Assembly: GCA_051650125.1 (NCBI GenBank)
Contig: JBOFIK010000013.1
Span: 90,530 to 122,529 of the forward strand
Length of the DNA: 32,000 nt
From: Sarcina sp.
GTDB taxonomy: Bacteria > Bacillota > Clostridia > Clostridiales > Clostridiaceae
Reading direction: 5' to 3'
The notes under the pieces are model-generated. The model ran no database searches and was not told the origin of the DNA. It saw only the letters and a list, made by a program, of their open reading frames with translations. Positions 1 through 7,470 of the stretch are shown here, one piece after another (position 1 is the first letter of the stretch; each line of letters starts with the position of its first letter). The position numbers were made by a program, and so were the translations under genes.

Positions 1-276
1 ACCACCATCGTTAAAAGCTGAAACATACCTAGAATAACCAGACGAATTTGATCTTACCCAATTTGTTATAGTGTGATTAGCATGAACAGTATCCCTTCCT
101 AAAAAGCTTGCAAATGAAGTTAAAAGTCCGATAGGTATAGCAAATTTTTCATTATTTTGAGAATCTGTATATTCAGTTGTTGACTCACAGTTATCAGTGG
201 TATCAGCATACACAGGAAGAGCAAAAAGTGATGTGAAAGTAGTTAATAGTAAAGTTGTAACTAATAATTTTCTCAT
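1..276 (-). CDS. Secreted protein of unknown function, N-terminal part only (gene runs off the window start)
   Basis: My own reverse-strand translation starts at the ATG at 276-274 and gives MRKLLVTTLLLTTFTSLFALPVYA/DTTDNCEST... It stays open for 92 codons to base 1. An AGGAGGGA RBS lies just upstream (281-288 on +). The N-terminus is a typical signal peptide. It is absent from the ORF track because there is no stop in the window. Confidence 0.6.
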   Translation of the reverse strand, partial: MRKLLVTTLLLTTFTSLFALPVYADTTDNCESTTEYTDSQNNEKFAIPIGLLTSFASFLGRDTVHANHTITNWVRSNSSGYSRYVSAFNDGG

Positions 277-315
277 TTAATCCCTCCTTTTTCAATATAA
301 TAATACCATTTTTTG

Positions 316-540
316 TTAAAAAAGTAAATATAATATAATATAAAAATATGGTTCTTGATGAAGTATGGGTATAAAAATTCTTATATAACAAAAGATAGAC
401 TGGTTAATAGCCTCTGAGTTGCTAACTGATACTGAAATATCTGATGTTAGGGCTATTCCATAAACCCAAAATACAAATAGTGTTATGCTAAGCATAAACC
501 CAAAGAAAATATCGCCAAAATTATCATGTTTATTTTTCAT
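316..540 (-). CDS. Small hypothetical membrane protein (74 aa, one TM)
   Basis: The ORF has a strong RBS (reverse complement of 543-549 is AGGAGGT) and one hydrophobic helix, FFGFMLSITLFVFWVYGIAL. Its C-terminal half runs through promoter-like AT-rich DNA, so the real extent is uncertain. Confidence 0.35.
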   Translation of the reverse strand: MKNKHDNFGDIFFGFMLSITLFVFWVYGIALTSDISVSVSNSEAINQSIFCYIRIFIPILHQEPYFYIILYLLF

Positions 541-694
541 AAAACCTCCTAAGGTGTTAAAATTTTTATTGTCACTATTAGGAGTTTAGCATGTGAAAAG
601 TACCAGTTTATTAAGGGATTATTAAGTGAGTTAAAAGTAAGAAAAATGACGAAAAAAAGTAGAATATAAGTAATAAAGGTTAGGAAGTGAGCGT

Positions 695-1486
695 GTGGAG
701 TTGTATAGTGTGAAAATGAGAGGTTCAAAAGAGGAAGCTCATATATCAGGTGCAGAGAATATTGTTACTAAGGACAAGCTTGAGGATGTTGTAAATGCTC
801 TTATAAAAAGGTCACTTGAACACTCTAAAGGAAGTGCAGATTTTATAAATATAAAGATAGAAAAAGTTGAAAGTGAAAATATAGAATATTTAGAGCCACT
901 TGAAGCTACAACTATAAATGTTTCTAATAAGGAAGAGGGCTTTGCAGGGGTTAAAAAAGTTCTAAGGGATATTGGGATTGATTCAAATAAAGTAGAAAGG
1001 GCAGTAGAAATTTTACATAATATAAAGGGCATGAGAGGGGCAGTTTTACTTGATATAAATTCTATGCAAAGGTTAGAAGTGGATAAGTCTAAAGGTGTAA
1101 GAGTTACTTATATGGATTTAGAAAATAGAGATGCAAAGGGATTAATTAAATCGCAAAAATATAATACTCATTTTATAGAGGCTCTAGTTCTTGCAACTAA
1201 GGTTATGGGATGTCCACAAATTATAGGTGAGATATGCTACTCAGATGACCCAGATTATACAGCAGGTTATGTGGCTACTAAAAAGTTTGGCTATGTAAGG
1301 TTTGACCATCTAAAAGAAAAGGGAAGTTCAAATGGTGGAAGAGTATTTTTATATGATTCATCAAAAGGTGAGTTAGTTGATTGCATAAATTATTTAGAAA
1401 AGCAAAGAGTTATAGTTAGAGATAATATAAAGATTAACGAAAATGTTGATATAGAAAAATTAATGGAGTGTGGGTTAAATGGATGA
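695..1486 (+). CDS. bioW: 6-carboxyhexanoate-CoA ligase (pimeloyl-CoA synthetase) BioW
   Basis: The N-terminus LYSVKMRGSKEEAHISGAENIV matches my recollection of the BioW signature (YSVRMRAS...HISGAERI). The length fits (~260 aa), and it overlaps bioF by 8 nt. The start could be GTG 695 or TTG 701. Confidence 0.8.
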   Translation: MELYSVKMRGSKEEAHISGAENIVTKDKLEDVVNALIKRSLEHSKGSADFINIKIEKVESENIEYLEPLEATTINVSNKEEGFAGVKKVLRDIGIDSNKVERAVEILHNIKGMRGAVLLDINSMQRLEVDKSKGVRVTYMDLENRDAKGLIKSQKYNTHFIEALVLATKVMGCPQIIGEICYSDDPDYTAGYVATKKFGYVRFDHLKEKGSSNGGRVFLYDSSKGELVDCINYLEKQRVIVRDNIKINENVDIEKLMECGLNG

Positions 1487-2621
1487 TTTAAAACAGAAGC
1501 TAGAAAGTATAAAAGAAAATAACCTTTTAAGAAAACTTAAGTACCTAGAATCGCCACAAGAAAAAAACATTATAATAGAAGGAAAAGAAATGCTACTTAT
1601 GGCATCTAATAATTACCTTGCACTAGCTAATAGAAAAGAATTAAAAGAAGAAGCTATAAAAGGGATAGAATTATATGGAGTTGGGACAGGTGGTTCAAGG
1701 CTTACAACAGGAAGTTATAATGCACATAGAGAACTTGAAGACAAGCTTTCAAAATTCTTTGATAGAGAAGATACAATAGTTTTTAATAGTGGATATACAG
1801 CTAATATAACTGCGATACAAGCTATATGTGATGAGAGTTATATCATATTTAGTGATGAACTTAACCATGCAAGTATAATAGATGGATGTAGATTATCAAA
1901 AGCTAAAACAGTAGTGTTTAAGCATAATAATATAGAAGATTTAGAAATTAAATTAAAAGAAAGTATAGCAGAAAATAAACTTATAATAACAGAAGGTGTC
2001 TTTAGTATGAGTGGGGATATAAGTCCACTTGATGAAATAGTTAAACTTGCTAAAAAGTATAATGCAAAAACTATGGTAGATGATGCACATGGAATTGGAG
2101 TTGTAGGTGAAAAAGGTAGAGGGATATTAAGTCACTTTAATATAAATAAAGAAGTTGATATTTATATGGGGACCCTAAGTAAAGCAATAGGAACAGAAGG
2201 TGGCTTTATAAGTGGAGATAAACATATAGTAGAGTTTCTAAAAAATAGAGCAAGAGGATTTATATACTCAACAGCTATATCAGCATCACTATGCATGGCA
2301 AGTATAAAATCACTAGAGATAATGGAAAGTGAAGATTTAAATAGAAGTCTTAGAGAAAATATAGAGTACTTTAATCAGAAGTTTAAAAATCTATTTGAAG
2401 ATTTGATATGCGAGAGTGCGATAATAAAAATTCCAATAGGGGATGAGAAAAAAGCAGTAGAAATAAGTAATAAACTTTTAGAAGAGGGCATTTGTATACC
2501 AGGAATAAGATATCCGACAGTAAGAAAAGGTGAGGCAATCCTTAGAGTATGTTTAATGAGTTCGCACACTAAGGAAGATATTGATAGAGTATATGAAAAT
2601 ATCAAAAATATAATTGAATAA
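1479..2621 (+). CDS. bioF: 8-amino-7-oxononanoate synthase BioF (PLP-dependent alpha-oxoamine synthase)
   Basis: Alpha-oxoamine synthase layout: NNYLAL, GSRLTTG, DELNHASIIDG, DDAHG, and a PLP-lysine motif GTLSKAIG. It is translationally coupled to bioW. Confidence 0.85.
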   Translation: MDDLKQKLESIKENNLLRKLKYLESPQEKNIIIEGKEMLLMASNNYLALANRKELKEEAIKGIELYGVGTGGSRLTTGSYNAHRELEDKLSKFFDREDTIVFNSGYTANITAIQAICDESYIIFSDELNHASIIDGCRLSKAKTVVFKHNNIEDLEIKLKESIAENKLIITEGVFSMSGDISPLDEIVKLAKKYNAKTMVDDAHGIGVVGEKGRGILSHFNINKEVDIYMGTLSKAIGTEGGFISGDKHIVEFLKNRARGFIYSTAISASLCMASIKSLEIMESEDLNRSLRENIEYFNQKFKNLFEDLICESAIIKIPIGDEKKAVEISNKLLEEGICIPGIRYPTVRKGEAILRVCLMSSHTKEDIDRVYENIKNIIE

Positions 2622-2624
2622 AAC

Positions 2625-2662
2625 TTAAAAGGAATTTCTTATAATATGAGAAATTCCTTTTT
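2625..2662 (+). repeat. 38-bp direct repeat, copy 1 (37/38 identical to 3603-3640)
   Basis: TTAAAAGGAATTTCTTATAATATGAGAAATTCCTTTTT versus the same string with a single A-to-G change at 3631. Confidence 0.95.
2628..2662 (+). terminator. Rho-independent terminator of bioWF (copy 1 of a duplicated module)
   Basis: 12-bp perfect stem AAAGGAATTTCT / AGAAATTCCTTT, a 9-nt loop, then a T-run. Confidence 0.85.
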
Positions 2663-2762
2663 GCGTTAAAGAAAAAGGATTATATCAATTAGAAATAAAA
2701 ATTGATATAATAAAATTATAAAAATGTGGTAAGAATTAGAATGAAGATAGGAGGTAGTTTCA

Positions 2763-3596
2763 ATGGGAAAAGGATTATTAGATCCAAAAACAGACTTTAT
2801 ATTTAAAAAGATTTTTGGAAGTGAGTCAAATAAAAACATTTTAATATCATTTTTAAATGCAACTTTAAATAGTAAAGATGAAATAAAGGAAGTTACTCTA
2901 GAGAATACTGATGTTGAGAAGAATTTTATTGAAGATAAATTTTCAAGACTTGATATAAAAGCAACAACTAATAAAGGTGAAAAAATAAATATAGAAATAC
3001 AGCTTAGAAATGAAAAAAATATGATTAAAAGAACTTTATACTATTGGAGTAAAATGTATGAAGAACAATTAACTGAAGGAAGAAATTATTCGATTTTAAA
3101 TAGAACAGTTTGTATTAATATTTTAAATTTTGATTATTTAGAAAATAATAAGTTTCATAGTATGTTTAGATTAAAAGATGTTGATACAGATAAAGAACTA
3201 AGTGATATTATGGAAATTCATTTTATAGAAATACCTAAACTTACAGAAGAAAGTGAAGAAAAAGATATGCTTGCAGCTTGGGTTGAGTTTTTAAAAAATC
3301 CAGAGAGTGAAAAAGTTAGAAATCTAGAAAATGATATAAAAATAATTAGAGAGGCTAAGGATGAACTTGTGAAAATAAGTGCAGATAAAAAACAAAGAGC
3401 AATGTATGAAATGAGACAAAAAGCAATACATGATGAAGCTAATGCATTATATTCAGCAAGAGAACAAGGTAAAGAAGAAGCAATGATTGAAGTTGCTAAA
3501 AATCTTTTAGATGTTTTAGATGATGAAACAATATCAATAAAAACAGGTCTTTCAATTATAGAGGTTAGAGAATTAAGAAAAAGTGAAATTAAATAA
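2763..3596 (+). CDS. Rpn-family recombination-promoting nuclease / putative transposase (PD-(D/E)XK, YhgA-like)
   Basis: The N-terminus LLDPKTDFIFKKIFGSE..NKNILISFLNA, followed by RLDIKA...INIEIQ (D...E.Q/K nuclease core) and IHFIEIPKL, is the family pattern as I recall it. RBS AGGAGG lies 7 nt upstream. Confidence 0.85.
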   Translation: MGKGLLDPKTDFIFKKIFGSESNKNILISFLNATLNSKDEIKEVTLENTDVEKNFIEDKFSRLDIKATTNKGEKINIEIQLRNEKNMIKRTLYYWSKMYEEQLTEGRNYSILNRTVCINILNFDYLENNKFHSMFRLKDVDTDKELSDIMEIHFIEIPKLTEESEEKDMLAAWVEFLKNPESEKVRNLENDIKIIREAKDELVKISADKKQRAMYEMRQKAIHDEANALYSAREQGKEEAMIEVAKNLLDVLDDETISIKTGLSIIEVRELRKSEIK

Positions 3597-3602
3597 TTTT
3601 AG

Positions 3603-3640
3603 TTAAAAGGAATTTCTTATAATATGAGAAGTTCCTTTTT
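3603..3640 (+). repeat. 38-bp direct repeat, copy 2
   Basis: See 2625-2662. It sits immediately after the Rpn stop codon, just as copy 1 sits immediately after the bioF stop. Confidence 0.95.
3606..3640 (+). terminator. Rho-independent terminator after the Rpn gene
   Basis: Same hairpin as 2628-2662 with one G.U pair, followed by a T-run. Confidence 0.8.
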
Positions 3641-3773
3641 CAATAAGTTATCAACTTAGCAATAGTAGTTTCATATTTTATGGTTAATATTTAAGAAGAA
3701 TATAGATAATACAAGGGTTATATCAATATAAAGATATAATCTTTTTTATTTTGAAAAAAAGTTTTGAAATTAT

Positions 3774-3800
3774 GGAACGTTTTTATAGAGTTAATTGTCT
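3774..3800 (+). promoter_or_regulatory. Candidate ECF-type promoter (GGAAC-N18-GTCT)
   Basis: GGAAC at 3774-3778 and GTCT at 3797-3800, about 36 nt upstream of the preferred sigma-factor start. ECF sigma genes are commonly autoregulated from AAC/CGT-like promoters. The spacing is slightly long. Confidence 0.3.
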
Positions 3801-3835
3801 TAAGTATGAAGGCGCTGATAAGGGGGATAAAAAGA

Positions 3836-4351
3836 ATGACAGAGAATTTAATTTTTAAGAAAGCTCAAAAGGGTGATGCTGATAGTTTTAATCAGTTACT
3901 TGAGCCAATTAAGGGAAAGTTATATAGAATATCGTTTATGTATATGAAGAATGAGGTTGATGCTATGGATGCACTTTCAGATTCAATAGTTAAGGCTATT
4001 AAGGGACTAGATAAGTGTAAGTCAGATAAAACATTCAATTCTTGGATAGCAACGATAGTGGTGAATACATGTAAAAATAATTTAAAGAAGTTAAAAAGAG
4101 ATAACATAGTAGAAATAAGTGAATTTGAAAATAAATTAACATATGAAGATAAGGGATTAGATGATGATAGTGAGTTATATGATGCTATAAATACCTTAAA
4201 TGATAGAGAAAGAGATTTGATACTTAAAAGGTATATAGATGATATGAGTGTTAAGGAAATTTCAAAAGCCAATAATGTGCCAGAGGGTACTGTAAAAAGT
4301 GGGTTAAATAGAACACTCAAAAAACTTAGAGTAATTTTAGGAGGGGCTTAA
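3836..4351 (+). CDS. ECF-type sigma-70 family RNA polymerase sigma factor
   Basis: Region 2 (DAMDALSDSIVKAIKGL...FNSWIATIVVN) and a region 4 HTH (MSVKEISKANNVPEGTVKSGLNRTLKKLR). I prefer ATG 3836 (RBS AGGGGGA at 3821-3827) over the TTG 3764 start in the ORF track. Confidence 0.8.
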   Translation: MTENLIFKKAQKGDADSFNQLLEPIKGKLYRISFMYMKNEVDAMDALSDSIVKAIKGLDKCKSDKTFNSWIATIVVNTCKNNLKKLKRDNIVEISEFENKLTYEDKGLDDDSELYDAINTLNDRERDLILKRYIDDMSVKEISKANNVPEGTVKSGLNRTLKKLRVILGGA

Positions 4352-4352
4352 T

Positions 4353-5672
4353 ATGGGATTAAATAATAATGATATAGATAAAATTAAACTTCCAGATAAT
4401 TTTGATGAGAGAATAAAAAACACAGTAGATAAAACTTACAAGCAAAAGAATAAGAAAAGTAAAAGAGGAAAAAAAGTTGCCATTGCAGCAGGACTCGCAT
4501 TTGCAGTAACTTCAGGATTTATGATAGCAAACCCAGAGTATGTTGAGGCAACTATTCAAAAAATTAGAGAAGTATTTAAAACTAGAAATTATAATGTGGT
4601 TTTAGAAGATGGAACAGAAAGTTTTGAAGCTACTTATAAAATGGAGCATATGGGAGTGGAAATAACTTTTGATATTGATACGAGTATTCCAGGGATTATA
4701 AAAATAGTAGAAAGAATAGATAGTAGCAATATAAAATTAGAGGATTGGAAATTAGATACTAAAAACAAAAATGCTAATATAAATACAGATAATATTATCA
4801 GATGGAGTAATGGTAATCTAGAATATATATTTGATGCCGATTATAAAAAAGAACTTTATAAAAAAATATATGAAGGCAAAGATATATCAGAGGAATTAGA
4901 ATATATAGAAAAAAATGATGATAAAGGAAAATATTCTTTAGAAGAGGCTAAAAAGGTTCAAGAATATTATAAGTGGGGAATGTCAGATGCAGATTTTATA
5001 AGGAAAAGAACAGTTGCTGATATTAGATATAAAATAAATGGAAGTAATGACTTTGAGCATGATAGTATTCATAGTACAGGGTGGGAAAATATGACTGATG
5101 ACTATTATGAGATGACTACTGCTTTAAGGATACCTGAAGAGGTGATGGGAGATAAAGAATTTAATTTAGAGGTAGAGCTTTATAGAATTAGTTTAGATGA
5201 TAAATATGCTGTGAACTCAAATAAAAAGTTTTTAAATATACCATTTAAAGGCACTAATAAAAAGAGTTCAGTTAAGTATGTACCGATAGACTATTCATAT
5301 AATGTAGATAGTGTGAGAGATTTAGATATATATGAACTTATAGACTATCCAGATGGAAGGATAGATCTGTTATATGATTTTGGAAGTCATAAAGATAAGG
5401 ATTATAAAATAACTAAGTTCATAATTGAAAATGAAGATGGAACTGTAATAAAAGATACAGGTGCATCTGGTGGAAGAGAAGGAGATTTTGGAAGTAGAGG
5501 CAAGATAGAAGGAGTTACAGGGCTTATAAGAAGAGAATATAGTGGTGAAATTACAGGCGATACTGTGAAGTTAATACCAGTAGTTACACATAACACAAAT
5601 CAAAATGTAGAAGTGGATGAAGATGAACCAATTTTAAAAGAGCTGCAACCAATAATAGTTAAAGTAAAATAA
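4353..5672 (+). CDS. Putative anti-sigma factor: short cytoplasmic N-domain, one TM, ~370-aa extracytoplasmic domain of unknown fold
   Basis: It starts 1 nt after the sigma gene stop, with a GGAGGGG RBS. A basic stretch KKSKRGKK is followed by the TM helix VAIAAGLAFAVTSGFMIA. This is the position and topology typical of ECF anti-sigma factors (DUF4179-like by recollection). Confidence 0.55.
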   Translation: MGLNNNDIDKIKLPDNFDERIKNTVDKTYKQKNKKSKRGKKVAIAAGLAFAVTSGFMIANPEYVEATIQKIREVFKTRNYNVVLEDGTESFEATYKMEHMGVEITFDIDTSIPGIIKIVERIDSSNIKLEDWKLDTKNKNANINTDNIIRWSNGNLEYIFDADYKKELYKKIYEGKDISEELEYIEKNDDKGKYSLEEAKKVQEYYKWGMSDADFIRKRTVADIRYKINGSNDFEHDSIHSTGWENMTDDYYEMTTALRIPEEVMGDKEFNLEVELYRISLDDKYAVNSNKKFLNIPFKGTNKKSSVKYVPIDYSYNVDSVRDLDIYELIDYPDGRIDLLYDFGSHKDKDYKITKFIIENEDGTVIKDTGASGGREGDFGSRGKIEGVTGLIRREYSGEITGDTVKLIPVVTHNTNQNVEVDEDEPILKELQPIIVKVK

Positions 5673-5678
5673 ACCTAG

Positions 5679-5716
5679 TAGAAGTTTGCAATAAGATTTG
5701 CAGACTTCTATTTTTA
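5679..5716 (+). terminator. Rho-independent terminator of the sigma/anti-sigma operon
   Basis: Stem TAGAAGTTTGCA / TGCAGACTTCTA (one G.U pair), then TTTTT. Confidence 0.8.
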
Positions 5717-5783
5717 TTAGCTTTTAGAAAGTTAAATTAATGTATATAATTAAAATAAGATTAAAAGAAGAGGAGATATTGAA

Positions 5784-7304
5784 ATGAAAAGATTTAATAC
5801 GACAGGTGTTTGTATTTCAAAAAAACATTATATGGTTGATATATCTCATAAAATTGAGCAAATAGAAGAAATTATAGAGAATGAATTTTATTTTGTTATA
5901 AATAGACCAAGACAGTATGGGAAAACTACAACTTTATTTGAGTTATACAAAAAGCTTAAATCTAAGTATGAAGTTATAAGAATGAGTTTTGAAGCAATTA
6001 TGTATGAGTTTGAATCAGAAGAAAGATTTTGCAAGAGCTTTTTAGGGATGATGGAAGATTACATAAGTATTGAAAATACAGGTAGTATAACTACAATTTC
6101 AGAACTTGCTAGTTTGATAAAAAGAATTACAAAAAATAAAGAAATAATTCTTATTATAGATGAAGTTGATAGGGCAGCAGATAATAAGCTATTTTTAAAC
6201 TTTTTAGCAATGCTTAGGTCTTTGTATTTAGATAGAGATATGGAACTTTGTACAACTTTTAAGTCAGTTGTTTTAGCAGGGGTGCATGACATAAAAAACT
6301 TGAAGTTGAAGTTCAAAGAGGGGGAGGAGAATGCTAAGTATAATTCTCCTTGGAATATAGCAGTAGATTTTGATATAGATATGAGTTTTAATGAATTTGA
6401 AATAGAGAGTATGCTAAGAGAATATTCTAATGCTAATAATGTAGAAATGAATTGTGAAAGTATTAGTAGTGAGATATATAAGTTTACAGCGGGATATCCT
6501 TTTTTAGTGAGTAGAATATGTCAGATAATTGATGAGAAAATACTTGGTTTAGATAAACGAACTTGGACTACTTTAGATATTCAGAAGGGCATTAAAATAT
6601 TGCTTTCAGAAAAAAATACACTTTTTGATGACCTTATAAAGAATTTAGAGAATAACAAAGATTTATATAAGTTTATATATGAAATACTTGTTAGAGGAGA
6701 TAGAAAAGTTTATAACCCAGATAATCCTGCAATAGACCTTGGATGTATGTTTGGATATCTAACTAAAGATGGGGCAAATAATGTAGATATAGCGAACCAG
6801 ATAATAAAAGAAAGAATTTATAATTATATGGTTTCTAAAACTGATATAGAGAAAATGTCTAGTTACAATTTTAAAGACAATTTTATAACTAAAGATAATG
6901 GACTTGATATGGAACGAGTTCTTCTAAAATTTCAACAATTCATGAAAGAAAATTATAGTACAAGGGATTTAGAGTTTTTAGAAAGACATGGTGTATTATT
7001 GTTTTTAGCATTTATAAAACCAATAATAAATGGAACTGGATTTGAGTATAAAGAAGTACAAATATCAGAGGAAAAAAGATTAGATATAGTTATTCAATAT
7101 AACAACCATAAGTATATAATAGAAACAAAAATTTGGCATGGAAATAAAGCGCATGAAAAGGGCAAATGCCAGTTGCAAAATTATCTTGAAATAGAAGGTT
7201 TAGAAAAAGGATATTTACTTATATTTAATTTCAATAAAGATAAAAGTTATACTACTGATGAATATAAAGTTGAAAATAAAACAATATTTGAGGTAAGAGT
7301 ATAA
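5784..7304 (+). CDS. AAA-type ATPase with a C-terminal PD-(D/E)XK nuclease-like domain
   Basis: Walker A RPRQYGKTTT, Walker B ILIIDEVD, and a C-terminal RLDIVIQ...YIIETKIW (D..E.K restriction-endonuclease-like motif). RBS GAGGAG. Confidence 0.7.
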   Translation: MKRFNTTGVCISKKHYMVDISHKIEQIEEIIENEFYFVINRPRQYGKTTTLFELYKKLKSKYEVIRMSFEAIMYEFESEERFCKSFLGMMEDYISIENTGSITTISELASLIKRITKNKEIILIIDEVDRAADNKLFLNFLAMLRSLYLDRDMELCTTFKSVVLAGVHDIKNLKLKFKEGEENAKYNSPWNIAVDFDIDMSFNEFEIESMLREYSNANNVEMNCESISSEIYKFTAGYPFLVSRICQIIDEKILGLDKRTWTTLDIQKGIKILLSEKNTLFDDLIKNLENNKDLYKFIYEILVRGDRKVYNPDNPAIDLGCMFGYLTKDGANNVDIANQIIKERIYNYMVSKTDIEKMSSYNFKDNFITKDNGLDMERVLLKFQQFMKENYSTRDLEFLERHGVLLFLAFIKPIINGTGFEYKEVQISEEKRLDIVIQYNNHKYIIETKIWHGNKAHEKGKCQLQNYLEIEGLEKGYLLIFNFNKDKSYTTDEYKVENKTIFEVRV

Positions 7305-7470
7305 ATTGTTATGGTAATGCATTTAAAAATTATTAAATTGTGGTAAGATATAATGTATACTGTAAAGAGTAATAAACTTATGATGATTTTAGTAAAATAG
7401 TCATAGGAAGTTTATTTTGCACAAAACTTATGCAAAGTAAAATTTTAATAATGAAAGGAGAATCATCTCA

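Noticed and set aside
203-391. 62-aa minus-strand ORF overlapping the start of the secreted-protein gene
   Set aside because: It is out of frame with the better-supported gene that starts at 276 (which has an RBS and a signal peptide), and it has no RBS.
541-694. BirA operator upstream of bioW
   Set aside because: I looked for a TGTTAAC-type inverted repeat. Only a half-site-like TGTTAA (555-560) is present, with no symmetric partner.
2724-2745. Shared TGTGGTAAGA core at 2728-2737 and 7339-7348, seemingly bracketing the accessory block
   Set aside because: It is only a 10-mer with loose flanks. Thousands of 10-mer coincidences are expected in 32 kb of AT-rich DNA. Both copies are more likely just promoter -10-like regions.
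3764-3835. TTG-initiated 24-codon N-terminal extension of the sigma factor (ORF-track start)
   Set aside because: There is no RBS before the TTG. ATG 3836 has an AGGGGGA RBS. The extension would also overlap the candidate ECF promoter.
3892-4320. 142-aa minus-strand ORF inside the sigma-factor gene
   Set aside because: It is entirely antisense to a well-supported CDS. Its S/L/I-rich low-complexity translation is typical of the reverse frame of AT-rich genes. There is no RBS.
7360-7421. Possible trp attenuator or TRAP-binding leader upstream of trpS
   Set aside because: Only three or four (G/U)AG triplets are present, with irregular spacing, far fewer than a TRAP site needs. The hairpin plus T-run is more simply the terminator of the upstream AAA-ATPase gene.
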